The translations under genes and the position numbers were made by a program. Under the pieces are notes generated by a model. That model ran no database searches and had not been told where the DNA came from. It was given only the letters and a program-made list of their open reading frames with translations. From Thermoanaerobaculia bacterium (GTDB taxonomy: Bacteria; Acidobacteriota; Thermoanaerobaculia; Multivoradales; SZUA-115), in assembly GCA_044869955.1 (NCBI GenBank), contig JBIOYC010000308.1, forward strand, positions 1 through 63,420: a stretch of 63,420 bases of DNA, given 5' to 3'. This document shows positions 9,566-18,048 of the stretch, piece after piece. Every line of letters begins with the position of its first letter. The stretch's first letter is position 1.

Positions 9566-10885
9566 CTATCCTCCCCCGCGGCTCCGCGCCGCCAGGTCTT
9601 TGATGAAACGGATGGAGGCCGCCCGTTCCCGCGGCCGGCCGGCGTAGCCGCGCCTGCCGAGATCGCGGTCCAGGAGGCTCGAGAGAGCCAGGTCGAGACC
9701 GTGGCAGCGCAGGCAGACCATGCCGGCCATGCGGTCGACCGGCTCCAAAGTGAACGTGTTGTTGTGGTTGACGACCACGCGCGGTCCCCTGCCTTCGTCG
9801 ATGGTCACCCGCGGCAGATGACAGGTGGCGCAGGTCACCTCGCCGGCTCCCGTGGGGCCCGGCCCGGAGCCGACCGTGCGGCCATGGGGAGAGGCCGTGA
9901 AGAGCCGGCTGTGCTCGTCGTCGTGGCAGGCCAGGCAGGCCTCGACGGCCGCCCGCCGGGTGTCCACGCTGTGCGGGTCGTGGCAGGTGCCGCAGGCCAT
10001 CGCAGCCGGGCGGTCCTTGCGGTCCTTCTTCATGGGCAGCCGCGCGTCGTCCGGCCCGAGGGCCGCCAGCTCCGCCTTGGCTCGTACGCCGTGCTTGCCG
10101 GCCCGCCAGGTCTCGTGCTCGAAGCCGTGGCAGTCCGCGCACTTGCCGAAGCCGGGGGAGCTGACGAAAGCAGCGCCCTCGCCGTGGCAGTCGCCGCAGC
10201 TCACCCCCGCCTCGCGGTGGCGGCTGGCGAGCCACGCTCGCTCGATGGCCGGGTCGCCCCGTCCGGGGGGGGCGTCCGCCGTGGCCGCCGGGCCGGCCGT
10301 GGGCTGCCGGAACGGGGGTAGCCCGTTGCGATCGACGAGGTCCGGCTTGTCGGCCTCCCGGGTGAGGAAGGCGGTGTTCAGCGTCCGATTGTCGTGGTAG
10401 TTGTGGCAACCCGCATCGCCGCAGGAGCTGGCGGGCAGGCCCTTGTGGCTGGCTCTCTTCTCGGGCACGTCGTCGTGGCAGGGGAAGCAGAAGGAGGCAT
10501 CGACCGTGACCCCGCGGGCCGCCACGTGATGCTCGGCGTGGCAGGTGATGCAGCGGGAGGCGTCCAGGCGGGCGAGGTCCTCGGCCCAGCGGGGGTCCTC
10601 GAAGACCCGGATGGAGTGGGTGTCCTGGGCGAGCTCGGCGCGGTGGCAACCGGCACAGGACTCGTTCTTGATCGCCTCGAATCCGCCGTGGCACGAGGAG
10701 CAAGCACCCTCGATCAGATGGTGACCGTCGGAGGTCCTGCCCGGGACGAAGATCGCGCGGTTGCCCGAGGCGAAGAGGATCCCGAGCACCGCGGCGACCA
10801 CTGCACCCGGCACCACGGGTCTCAAGAGCAGGCGCCACAGCGCCCCGGAGCCGCCTCCACCTCTCATCCCTGGCTCTACCCCCAT
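9566..10885 (-). CDS. multihaem cytochrome c (10 CxxCH plus one Cx4CH), N-terminally membrane-anchored
   Basis: Motifs CSSCH, CAGCH, CITCH, CFPCH, CGDAGCH, CGDCH, CADCH, CGTCH, CLACH, CATCH and CLRCH. The start is taken at ATG 10885 (alternatively 10867), ahead of the hydrophobic anchor LWRLLLRPVVPGAVVAAVLGILF. Confidence 0.85.
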   Translation of the reverse strand: MGVEPGMRGGGGSGALWRLLLRPVVPGAVVAAVLGILFASGNRAIFVPGRTSDGHHLIEGACSSCHGGFEAIKNESCAGCHRAELAQDTHSIRVFEDPRWAEDLARLDASRCITCHAEHHVAARGVTVDASFCFPCHDDVPEKRASHKGLPASSCGDAGCHNYHDNRTLNTAFLTREADKPDLVDRNGLPPFRQPTAGPAATADAPPGRGDPAIERAWLASRHREAGVSCGDCHGEGAAFVSSPGFGKCADCHGFEHETWRAGKHGVRAKAELAALGPDDARLPMKKDRKDRPAAMACGTCHDPHSVDTRRAAVEACLACHDDEHSRLFTASPHGRTVGSGPGPTGAGEVTCATCHLPRVTIDEGRGPRVVVNHNNTFTLEPVDRMAGMVCLRCHGLDLALSSLLDRDLGRRGYAGRPRERAASIRFIKDLAARSRGGG

Positions 10886-11096
10886 CGGATAAAACTCAGA
10901 TGTCGACCTACAACACGAATAGACAAGTGGTGCATTCCGGATTTCTCGACGTTGGAGCAATTTACCACAGGAATACCCACGGTGCATCCGGAGCGACGCC
11001 AGAACTGCCGTTGGTGGAGATCCTTCGGCCTCCGAATGCTCGTCCCGCCGGGCTTTCGATCGTCTGGTACCCTTCTCGTCGAACACAACCCTCGCC

Positions 11097-13268
11097 ATGA
11101 GCCAACCCCGAGATCCTGGTTCGCCCTCTCGTCCTCCGGCCGATGGGGGAGCGCCGGAGAGCGGTGGAGCGGGTCGCCTGGATCGGCGCGGTGATCTCGC
11201 CTGGATCTACCTCGATGAGCCGGGCCGGCGGGTGAACACCCTCTCGTCGCGCCTGCTGGCCGCCTTCGAGGAGTGGCTGGGCGATCTCGAGGGGCAGCCC
11301 CCCGCGGGGCTGGTGGTGACCTCAGCGAAGCCGGACACCTTCGTCGCCGGGGCGGACCTCGAGGAGCTCGCCGGCCTCACGGACCGCACGGCGGTCCTGG
11401 CCCTGCTTCGCCAGGGCCACGGCTTGCTGTCGCGGCTCGAGAGGCTGCCCTGCCCGACCGTGGCGGCGATCCACGGTGCCTGCCTGGGGGGCGGCCTGGA
11501 GTTGGCTCTGGCCTGCCGTTTCCGGGTGGCCACGAGCGCGACCGTGACCCGTCTCGGCCTGCCCGAGGTCGAGCTCGGCCTGATCCCGGGCATGGGCGGC
11601 ACCCAACGTCTACCGCGGCGAATCGGAGTGCCGAGCGCCCTCGAGCTACTGCTCACCGGCCGGCGTCTCGACGCCCGGAGCGCGCTGAGGCGCGGCCTGG
11701 TGGACGAGGTCTGCGATCCCCCCGATCTGGCCCTCGCGGCCGAGCGGTTGGCGCGGCGGCGAGGGTGCCCCCGCCCGAGCCTCGCCGCCCGAGCCGCCAA
11801 CCGGGTGGCCCGATGGCCCGGGCTTCGGGGCGCGATCTTCGGTCCGGCGAGGAAGCAGGTCCTGGCGCGGACCCACGGGCACTACCCGGCCCCCTTGAAA
11901 GCCCTGGAAGTGGTCGCCGAGGGCCTGCGCCTTCCTTTGCCCCGGGGTCTGGAGCTCGAGGCCACGGCCTTCGCCGAGCTGGTTCTCTCGGCAACGGCGC
12001 GGAACCTGATGGGTCTCTTCTTCCTCAAGAAGCACGTCGAGGCCGAGGCGGCGGCCGTGGCGAAGGGGACGGGGCCGGTCGAGCGCCTGGGGGTGATCGG
12101 GGCCGGCTTCATGGGCGCCGGGGTGGCCCAGCTCGCCGCCACCAAGGGGTACTCGGTGGTGCTCGTGGACCGCGACCAGCCGTCCCTCGACCGGGGCATC
12201 AAGCAGGTGGGGGACCTCTTCGGCGCGCTCGAGGCGAAAGGACGTCTGGTCGGCGAGCAGGCCGCCGCGGCCCGCGCGCGAGTGGTGCCTACGCTCGGGA
12301 TGGCCGAGCTCGCCGGCGTGGACCTGGTGATCGAGGCCGTGTTCGAGGACCTCGCCGTCAAGCACCAGGTGCTCGGGGCCCTCGAGGCGGTGGCCGCGGA
12401 GCGGCTGGTCTTCGCCTCGAATACCTCCGCGCTGCCCATCGCCTCGATCGCCGCCGCCAGCCGCCGCCCCGGCCGGGTGGTGGGCATGCACTTCTTCAGT
12501 CCGGTGGCGAAGATGCCCCTGCTCGAGGTCATCCACCACCCCGGGACCGATCGCGAAGCCCTGGCGACGGCGGTGGCGGTGGGGGAGCGCCTGGGCAAGA
12601 CCGTGGTGGTAGTGGCGGACGGCCCCGGCTTCTTCACCACCCGGGTGCTCGCGCCGTTGCTCAACGAGGCCGCCCGCTGCCTGCTCGAAGGAGCCACGAT
12701 CCCCGAGATCGACCGCGCCGCCACGGCCTGGGGCTGGCCGGTGGGTCCCCTGACGCTGCTCGACGAGGTCGGTCTGGACGTTGCCCGCCACGCTCAGGGA
12801 GTGATGACCGCGGGCCTCGGTCCACGGTTCGAGGCGCCGCCCCCCCTCGCCCGTCTGGCCGCGGCAGGGCGCTTCGGGCGCAAGGCCGGAAGGGGCTTCT
12901 ACCGCTACCAGGGCCAGGCGAAGGGCCCGGACGAGAGCGTCTACGCCCTGATCGGCTGGCAGGCTCGCCCCCTGCCGGCCGAGGACGTCGCGGATCGGCT
13001 CTGGCTGGCGATGCTGAACGAGACCGCCCGGGCGATCGAGGACGGCATCCTGACCGACCCCCAGGCCATCGACCTCGCGGTGGTCTTCGGCTTCGGCTTC
13101 CCCCCTTTCCGCGGCGGCATCCTGCGCGAAGCCGACTGCAGGGGCCTCCGCTGGGTGGTCGACCGGCTGCGATCACTCGACGAGCGCTACGGCGGCGAGG
13201 CCCTGGCGCCGGCGCCCCTGCTGATGCGGATGGCTGCTTCGGGGGAGCGGTTTTACGCCGGGCGTTGA
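11097..13268 (+). CDS. fadJ: fatty-acid oxidation complex alpha subunit (enoyl-CoA hydratase / 3-hydroxyacyl-CoA dehydrogenase)
   Basis: A 723-aa protein. It has an N-terminal crotonase fold (AAIHGACLGGGLELALAC) and a central Rossmann dehydrogenase (LGVIGAGFMGAGVAQ). The C-terminal 3HCDH domain carries GFFTTRVL. Confidence 0.9.
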   Translation: MSQPRDPGSPSRPPADGGAPESGGAGRLDRRGDLAWIYLDEPGRRVNTLSSRLLAAFEEWLGDLEGQPPAGLVVTSAKPDTFVAGADLEELAGLTDRTAVLALLRQGHGLLSRLERLPCPTVAAIHGACLGGGLELALACRFRVATSATVTRLGLPEVELGLIPGMGGTQRLPRRIGVPSALELLLTGRRLDARSALRRGLVDEVCDPPDLALAAERLARRRGCPRPSLAARAANRVARWPGLRGAIFGPARKQVLARTHGHYPAPLKALEVVAEGLRLPLPRGLELEATAFAELVLSATARNLMGLFFLKKHVEAEAAAVAKGTGPVERLGVIGAGFMGAGVAQLAATKGYSVVLVDRDQPSLDRGIKQVGDLFGALEAKGRLVGEQAAAARARVVPTLGMAELAGVDLVIEAVFEDLAVKHQVLGALEAVAAERLVFASNTSALPIASIAAASRRPGRVVGMHFFSPVAKMPLLEVIHHPGTDREALATAVAVGERLGKTVVVVADGPGFFTTRVLAPLLNEAARCLLEGATIPEIDRAATAWGWPVGPLTLLDEVGLDVARHAQGVMTAGLGPRFEAPPPLARLAAAGRFGRKAGRGFYRYQGQAKGPDESVYALIGWQARPLPAEDVADRLWLAMLNETARAIEDGILTDPQAIDLAVVFGFGFPPFRGGILREADCRGLRWVVDRLRSLDERYGGEALAPAPLLMRMAASGERFYAGR

Positions 13269-13281
13269 GTAGAATGCCGGC

Positions 13282-13464
13282 GTGCTCCAGCCCATCCTGA
13301 TCTTCACGATCTTCATCGCCCTGGCCACCGTCGGCTCCTACTTCGCGACGGCCTCGACCTTCAGCAAGAAAGCGGCGCGGATCGTGGCGGTCTCGGCCTT
13401 CCTCTTCCTCCTCGCCCTGGCCGCCGGCGTGATCTGGCTGATCCAGTCCGCCGAGGGCGGTTGA
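13282..13464 (+). CDS. small 2-TM hypothetical membrane protein
   Basis: A 60-aa ORF (GTG start) with two clear hydrophobic helices. No family was recognised. Confidence 0.35.
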   Translation: MLQPILIFTIFIALATVGSYFATASTFSKKAARIVAVSAFLFLLALAAGVIWLIQSAEGG

Positions 13465-13493
13465 GGCGCCGCTTCGAGTAAGCTCGCCCCGCC

Positions 13494-14366
13494 ATGTTCG
13501 GAGACAAGCGGACCGGAGCGGTCGTCTGCCGCGGCTGCGGCAGGTTGGTGGGGCGGAGCGAGAGCGCCTGCCCTTTTTGCGGCACCCGCAGCCCCTCGCT
13601 GATGGGACTCGAGCCCTGGCTGCGCCGGTTCGGCTCGGACTTCGGCTTCGTCGAGCTGGTGATGGGCGCCACGATCCTGCTCTACCTGGCCGTGGCCGCG
13701 CTCGATCCCCGCGGGCTCGCGGCGCTCATGAACCCCAGCCCGCGGAGTCTCCTCATTCTGGGCGCGAGCGGACCCCTGCCGGTGATCGAGCTCGGCCGCT
13801 GGTGGACCCTGCTCTCGGCCGGTTGGCTGCACGGTGGTCCGCTGCACATCTTCTTCAATCTGATGTGGATCCGGCAGCTGGCACCGGTCGTGGCTGAAGG
13901 CTACGGCGCCGCGCGCATGGTGGTGATCTACGTCGTCGGCTCGGTGGTCGGCTTCGTGTTCTCCACCTTCGGCTCCTTCGCCATGCTCGCGGCGAGCGCG
14001 ACCGGAGTGCTGCCCGACTTCCTGGCCAGGCACCTCGGCGGCTTGCTCTCAGTGGGGGCTTCCGCCGGGATCTTCGGTCTGTTCGGAGCCCTCATCTACT
14101 GGGGCCGGCGGGGTGGCTCGAGCCACCTCTCTCGCCAGGTGTGGGGCTGGGTGGTCTTCTTCTTCGTCCTCGGCTTCGTGCTGTCCAACGTCGACAACTG
14201 GGCCCACCTGGGCGGCCTCGCCGGCGGCTGGGTGACGGCCCGGATCCTCGATCCCCTGAAGCCCGAGAAGGCCACCCACGTCGCCTTCGCCCTGCTCCTC
14301 CTGCTCGCCACCGCCGCCTCCCTGGTCGCCTCCGTCCTGGTGCCGCTACCGGCGGGGCTAGGCTAG
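13494..14366 (+). CDS. rhomboid-family intramembrane serine protease with N-terminal zinc ribbon
   Basis: CRGCG...CPFCG at the N-terminus. Rhomboid motifs WWTLLSAGWLHGG, the catalytic GASAGIFGLFGA, and His in NWAHLGGLAGG. Confidence 0.85.
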   Translation: MFGDKRTGAVVCRGCGRLVGRSESACPFCGTRSPSLMGLEPWLRRFGSDFGFVELVMGATILLYLAVAALDPRGLAALMNPSPRSLLILGASGPLPVIELGRWWTLLSAGWLHGGPLHIFFNLMWIRQLAPVVAEGYGAARMVVIYVVGSVVGFVFSTFGSFAMLAASATGVLPDFLARHLGGLLSVGASAGIFGLFGALIYWGRRGGSSHLSRQVWGWVVFFFVLGFVLSNVDNWAHLGGLAGGWVTARILDPLKPEKATHVAFALLLLLATAASLVASVLVPLPAGLG

Positions 14367-14381
14367 AGACCGCTTCCCGGC

Positions 14382-15569
14382 CTACGGCAACCCCGCCAGC
14401 AGGTCCGCCACCGGCAGGCAGCGGATGCCGTTCTCGACGAAGTCGCGCTGGCCGTCGAGGACCACCTGGTAGGTGTGGGGGATCTTCAGGTGGTCGCGGA
14501 AGTAGACGAGGGCGGGATCGAGGCGGGTCTCGCTGAGCTTGACCTCGATCGCCGCCCAGGGCTTGCCGTCTGCCGTGAGCAGGAAGTCCACCTCGCGGCC
14601 GTCGCGGTCGCGCAGGTAGCGCAGATCCACCCGATAGCCCTCGCGATCCTCCAGCAGATGGCAGAGCTTTAGCAGGTGGAGGGCCACCAGGTTCTCGAGC
14701 CGGGCGCCCGGTGACGGCACCTGGCTCCAGTCCCAGAGATAGGCCTTGGGCATCCGCTTCAAACCCCGCGCGGACTGCACGGCGTAGGGGCGCAGCCGCA
14801 CCAGGTAGTAGAGCCGCTCCAGCACGTCCAACCAGTGCGTGACCGCGCGGTGGCTGACCTCGAGGTCCTCGCGCAGGGAGTTGGCCGAGAGCGGCGAAGC
14901 CACTCGCGCGGGCAGCAGGTCAGCGAGCACCTCGAGAGAGGAGAGGTCACGGACCGCTTCCAGGTCGCGCACGTCCTCGCGCAGGAACCGTTCGAAGCGC
15001 TCCTTCTGCCAGCGCCGATGGGTGCGCTCCGACTGTGCCAGGAAGGGCTCGGGAAAACCACCGAAACGGAGCAAGGTATCGACGGTCTCGCGCTCTCCCC
15101 GGCCCACTTCGAGCGGCTCGCCGGGGATGGGCAAGGATGCCGTGCTGCCACGGGCCTCGCCGTAGGAGACGGGGTGCAGGCGATAGTGGTGGTAGCGGCC
15201 CTGGAGGGAGTCTCCCCCGCGGCGGTAGACGTCGAGGCGGGCCGAGCCGGTCACCAAGAACTGGAGCGTCTCCTGGTGCTTGTCGTACTCCCCCTTGAGC
15301 CAGCCCTTCCAGCCTCTCCACTTGTGCAGCTCATCGAGGACGACCAGGGCTGGGCCGGCGGGCCAGCGGGCGGCGCGGATCAGGCCCCGGTCCTCTCGGT
15401 TGTCCCACGAGAAGTAGGCGCCGTGCTCGAAAGTGGCCAGAACCTGGCGCGCGAGAGTCGTCTTGCCCACCTGCCGCGGCCCGGCCACGAAGACCATCTT
15501 CCTCGCCAGGTCCTCGCGGATCGACGGCTCGAGGTAGCGGTGGAAGTCCACCGGCAGATTGTGCCACAA
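14382..15569 (-). CDS. AAA+ ATPase with DUF4143 C-terminal domain
   Basis: Walker A GPRQVGKTTLA, Walker B LVVLDELH, and a C-terminal restriction-endonuclease-like region (DRDGREVDFLL...AAIEVK). TTG start. Confidence 0.8.
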   Translation of the reverse strand: MWHNLPVDFHRYLEPSIREDLARKMVFVAGPRQVGKTTLARQVLATFEHGAYFSWDNREDRGLIRAARWPAGPALVVLDELHKWRGWKGWLKGEYDKHQETLQFLVTGSARLDVYRRGGDSLQGRYHHYRLHPVSYGEARGSTASLPIPGEPLEVGRGERETVDTLLRFGGFPEPFLAQSERTHRRWQKERFERFLREDVRDLEAVRDLSSLEVLADLLPARVASPLSANSLREDLEVSHRAVTHWLDVLERLYYLVRLRPYAVQSARGLKRMPKAYLWDWSQVPSPGARLENLVALHLLKLCHLLEDREGYRVDLRYLRDRDGREVDFLLTADGKPWAAIEVKLSETRLDPALVYFRDHLKIPHTYQVVLDGQRDFVENGIRCLPVADLLAGLP

Positions 15570-15575
15570 AGCAAG

Positions 15576-15591
15576 AAAAGTCGCGACTTTT
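15576..15591. repeat. perfect 16-bp AT-rich palindrome AAAAGTCGCGACTTTT, candidate operator or weak terminator
   Basis: Read directly. It lies 7 nt upstream of the DUF4143 ATPase start and downstream of the Mo-enzyme stop, and is followed by extra Ts on the + strand. Confidence 0.4.
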
Positions 15592-15617
15592 TTTGCCTAT
15601 GAGCAGAGATTGCCGGA

Positions 15618-16268
15618 TCAGTCCTGGCCGGGGACGAGGCCGAGGTCGCGGGCGCGGCGGCGGACCTCGCCGGCGTTTTTGGTCTCCTGGAAGGAGAAGC
15701 GCTGCTCGCTCCAGGGGTCGCCGTAGGTGTGGTAGCCGTTGACCTCCCAGAAACCCCGCTGGTCCTCGGCCACGATCTCGATGCCGGCAGCCCACTTGGC
15801 GCTCTTCCAGGCGTAGAGGTGCGGCACCACCAGGCGCAGCGGGCCGCCGTGCTCCAGGGCCAGGGGCTCGCCGGCGTGGCGGTCGGCGAAGAGGGCGCGC
15901 TCGGAGAGGAAGTCCTCGAGCGGCAGGTTGGTGGTGTAGCCGCCGAGGCAGTGCACCACCACGTGGCTCGCCTCGGGGGCGACGGTCACCTGCGAGAGTA
16001 CCTCGCGGGTGGAGAAGCCGCTCCAGGGGTTGTCGAGGGTGGAGAAGCGGGTGACGCAGTGGAAGTCCGCCGTGACCTCGGTTCGCGGCAAGGCCTGGAG
16101 CTCGGCCCAGGTCCACGCCAATTCCCGCTCGACGAGGCCGGAGATGCGGAAGCGGTAGGCGTCGAGGTCGACCGCGGGCGTCGGTCCGTAGGTCAGCACC
16201 GGCCACTTCTTCGAGACGTACTGGCCAGGGGGAATGCGCAGGTCGCCGGAGCGGATGCTGTCGTCCAT
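15618..16268 (-). CDS. sulfite-oxidase-fold molybdopterin oxidoreductase (small cytoplasmic YuiH-like form)
   Basis: The Mo-ligand Cys context ADFHCVTRFS, plus GGPLRLVVPHLYAWKSAKW typical of the SUOX/YedY catalytic domain. No signal peptide. Confidence 0.8.
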   Translation of the reverse strand: MDDSIRSGDLRIPPGQYVSKKWPVLTYGPTPAVDLDAYRFRISGLVERELAWTWAELQALPRTEVTADFHCVTRFSTLDNPWSGFSTREVLSQVTVAPEASHVVVHCLGGYTTNLPLEDFLSERALFADRHAGEPLALEHGGPLRLVVPHLYAWKSAKWAAGIEIVAEDQRGFWEVNGYHTYGDPWSEQRFSFQETKNAGEVRRRARDLGLVPGQD

Positions 16269-16388
16269 TCCACGGAGGATAGCGAAGATCGCGGCGGGCG
16301 GCCCCTCAATTGGTGACCAAGATCATCACCTTTACAACCTTTGGCCGGTCTGCTACCTTGAGCCGGTTCTCAGCACCGGAGGCCGCGT

Positions 16389-17342
16389 TTGTCGACCGCC
16401 ATCCTCGAAAGCCCCACCGCCCCCTCGCTCCTCCCCTTGGGTCGCCCGTTGCGGCAGGTGGAGCGGGTCGGGGGCACACCCCTGATCGACCTTTCCTTCC
16501 TGGTCGGTCGCAGCGGCGTCGAGCTGCTCGCCAAAGCGGAGATGGCCAACCCGGGCGGCTCGGTCAAGGACCGCGCGGCCCTGGCCATGATCGAGGAGGC
16601 CGGCCGGCGCGGGCTGATCGAGCCCGGTCGGCGGCTGCTCGACGCCACCTCGGGCAACACCGGCATCGCCCTCGCCATGATCGGTGCCGGCCGCGGTCTC
16701 GGCGTGACCCTCTGCCTGCCCGCCAACGCCAGCCGCGAGCGCAAGGCCATCCTCGGGGCCTACGGCGCCGAGCTGGTGCTGACCGATCCCCTCGAAGGCA
16801 GCGACGGCGCCATCCGCGAGGCCCGCCGCCTGGTGGCCGAGCACCCCGAGAGCTACGTCTACCTCGACCAGTACGCCAACCCCGAGAACTGGCTGGCTCA
16901 CTACCGCACCACCGGCCCGGAGATTTGGGCCCAGACCGGTGGTCGGATCACCCACTTCGTCACCGGTCTCGGAACCAGCGGCACCTTCATGGGTGTCGGC
17001 CGCTTCCTCCGCGAGTCCTCGCCGGCAGTGCGCCTGATCTCGATCGAGCCCGACTCGCCCCTGCACGGCCTCGAAGGCATGAAGCACATGGAGAGCGCCA
17101 TCGTGCCGCCGATCTACGACCCGGCCCTGGCCGACGAGGCGTGGGCGATCAGCACCGAGGATGCCTACGCCATGGTCCGGCGTCTGGCGCGGGAGGCGGG
17201 CCTGCTGGTGGGGGTCTCCTCCGGGGCCAACGTCGCCTCGGCTCTGGCCCTCGCCACGGGCCTCGAGCGCGGCGTAGTGGCCACCGTGCTCTGCGACGGT
17301 GCCGAGAAGTACCTCTCCGAGCCGTTCTGGGAGGAGCCGTGA
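16389..17342 (+). CDS. cysM: cysteine synthase (PLP-dependent; CysM-type, thiocarboxylate-dependent by context)
   Basis: The PLP lysine context NPGGSVKDRAAL, plus SGNTGIALA and GLGTSGTFMG. Followed by JAMM, MoaD-like and MoeZ-like genes. Confidence 0.9.
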   Translation: MSTAILESPTAPSLLPLGRPLRQVERVGGTPLIDLSFLVGRSGVELLAKAEMANPGGSVKDRAALAMIEEAGRRGLIEPGRRLLDATSGNTGIALAMIGAGRGLGVTLCLPANASRERKAILGAYGAELVLTDPLEGSDGAIREARRLVAEHPESYVYLDQYANPENWLAHYRTTGPEIWAQTGGRITHFVTGLGTSGTFMGVGRFLRESSPAVRLISIEPDSPLHGLEGMKHMESAIVPPIYDPALADEAWAISTEDAYAMVRRLAREAGLLVGVSSGANVASALALATGLERGVVATVLCDGAEKYLSEPFWEEP

Positions 17343-17770
17343 CCCGCATCGCCCTGTCCACCGACCAGCTGGAGAGCCTCACCCACCACGCCCGGGTGGC
17401 CTACCCAGAGGAAGGCTGCGGCATCCTGCTGGGGCGGCCGGGCGAGGCCTCCGGGGCGGTGGTCGAAGAGCTGGTGCTGGCCGACAACGAGCGGGCCGAT
17501 TCCCGCCACAACCGCTACGTGATCGCCCCGGAGACCGTCCTCGCCGCTCATCGCCGAGCCCGCGACGGGGGCCTCGACGTGGTCGGCTACTTCCACTCCC
17601 ACCCGGACTGCCCGGCGGTGCCCAGCGATTTCGACCGCGAGCACGCCTGGCCGGGCCTGTCCTATGTCATCGTCTCGGTGCGCGCGGGCGAAGTGGCGGA
17701 GGTGCGCAGCTGGCGCCTCGCCGACGACCGCGAGCGTTTCCGCGAAGAGACCCTGGAGACTCTCCGATGA
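17339..17770 (+). CDS. mec: JAMM/MPN+ metalloprotease (Mec-like)
   Basis: EEGCGILLG followed by the JAMM motif YFHSHPDCPAVPSDFD. GTG 17339 overlaps the cysM stop (GTGA). Only the last 143 codons of the 486-aa track ORF are real. Confidence 0.85.
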   Translation: MTRIALSTDQLESLTHHARVAYPEEGCGILLGRPGEASGAVVEELVLADNERADSRHNRYVIAPETVLAAHRRARDGGLDVVGYFHSHPDCPAVPSDFDREHAWPGLSYVIVSVRAGEVAEVRSWRLADDRERFREETLETLR

Positions 17771-18048
17771 GCGTCACCATCCACGTGCCCACCCCCCTGC
17801 GGAGCTACGCCGGCGGCCAGACCGAGGTGGAGGTCGAGGCCACCACCGTCGGCGGCGCCCTGCGCGCCCTGACCGGCCAGTACCCGAGCCTCTCGCGTCA
17901 CCTCTACACCGAGGCCGGAGCGCTGCGCAGTTTCGTCAACGTCTTCGTCAACGACACCAACGCCCGGGAGCTCTCCGGCGAGGCCACCGCCGTGGCGCCG
18001 GGGGACAGCCTGATGATCATCCCGGCGATCGCCGGGGGCCGGTCATGA
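17767..18048 (+). CDS. cysO: MoaD/ThiS-family sulfur-carrier protein (CysO-like), Gly-Gly followed by two extra residues
   Basis: A 93-aa beta-grasp-like sequence ending ...MIIPAIAGGRS. ATGA overlaps occur at both ends. Confidence 0.8.
   Translation: MSVTIHVPTPLRSYAGGQTEVEVEATTVGGALRALTGQYPSLSRHLYTEAGALRSFVNVFVNDTNARELSGEATAVAPGDSLMIIPAIAGGRS

Noticed and set aside
8970-10838. 622-aa minus-strand ORF spanning the DUF3365 and multihaem genes
   Set aside because: Only the last 197 codons (from ATG 9563, with signal peptide, RBS and CVGCH) look like a protein. The upstream part is an alternative frame of the multihaem cytochrome gene and is Arg/Pro/Gly-rich.
11273-13300. 675-aa + strand ORF in an alternative frame of fadJ (and minus-strand ORFs 11646-12791, 11882-12724)
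   Set aside because: The sequence is low-complexity and Arg/Gly/Pro-rich, and the fadJ frame has unambiguous crotonase and dehydrogenase motifs.
16269-16388. Possible riboswitch or leader upstream of cysM
   Set aside because: Only short 4-5-bp stems are present (for example GGTGA..TCACC). Nothing resembles a SAM or other sulfur-related riboswitch core that I can recognise.
16310-17770. 486-aa + strand ORF covering cysM in another frame
   Set aside because: Only the C-terminal 143 codons (the JAMM protease, from GTG 17339) are credible. The remainder is an Arg/Pro-rich shadow of cysM.
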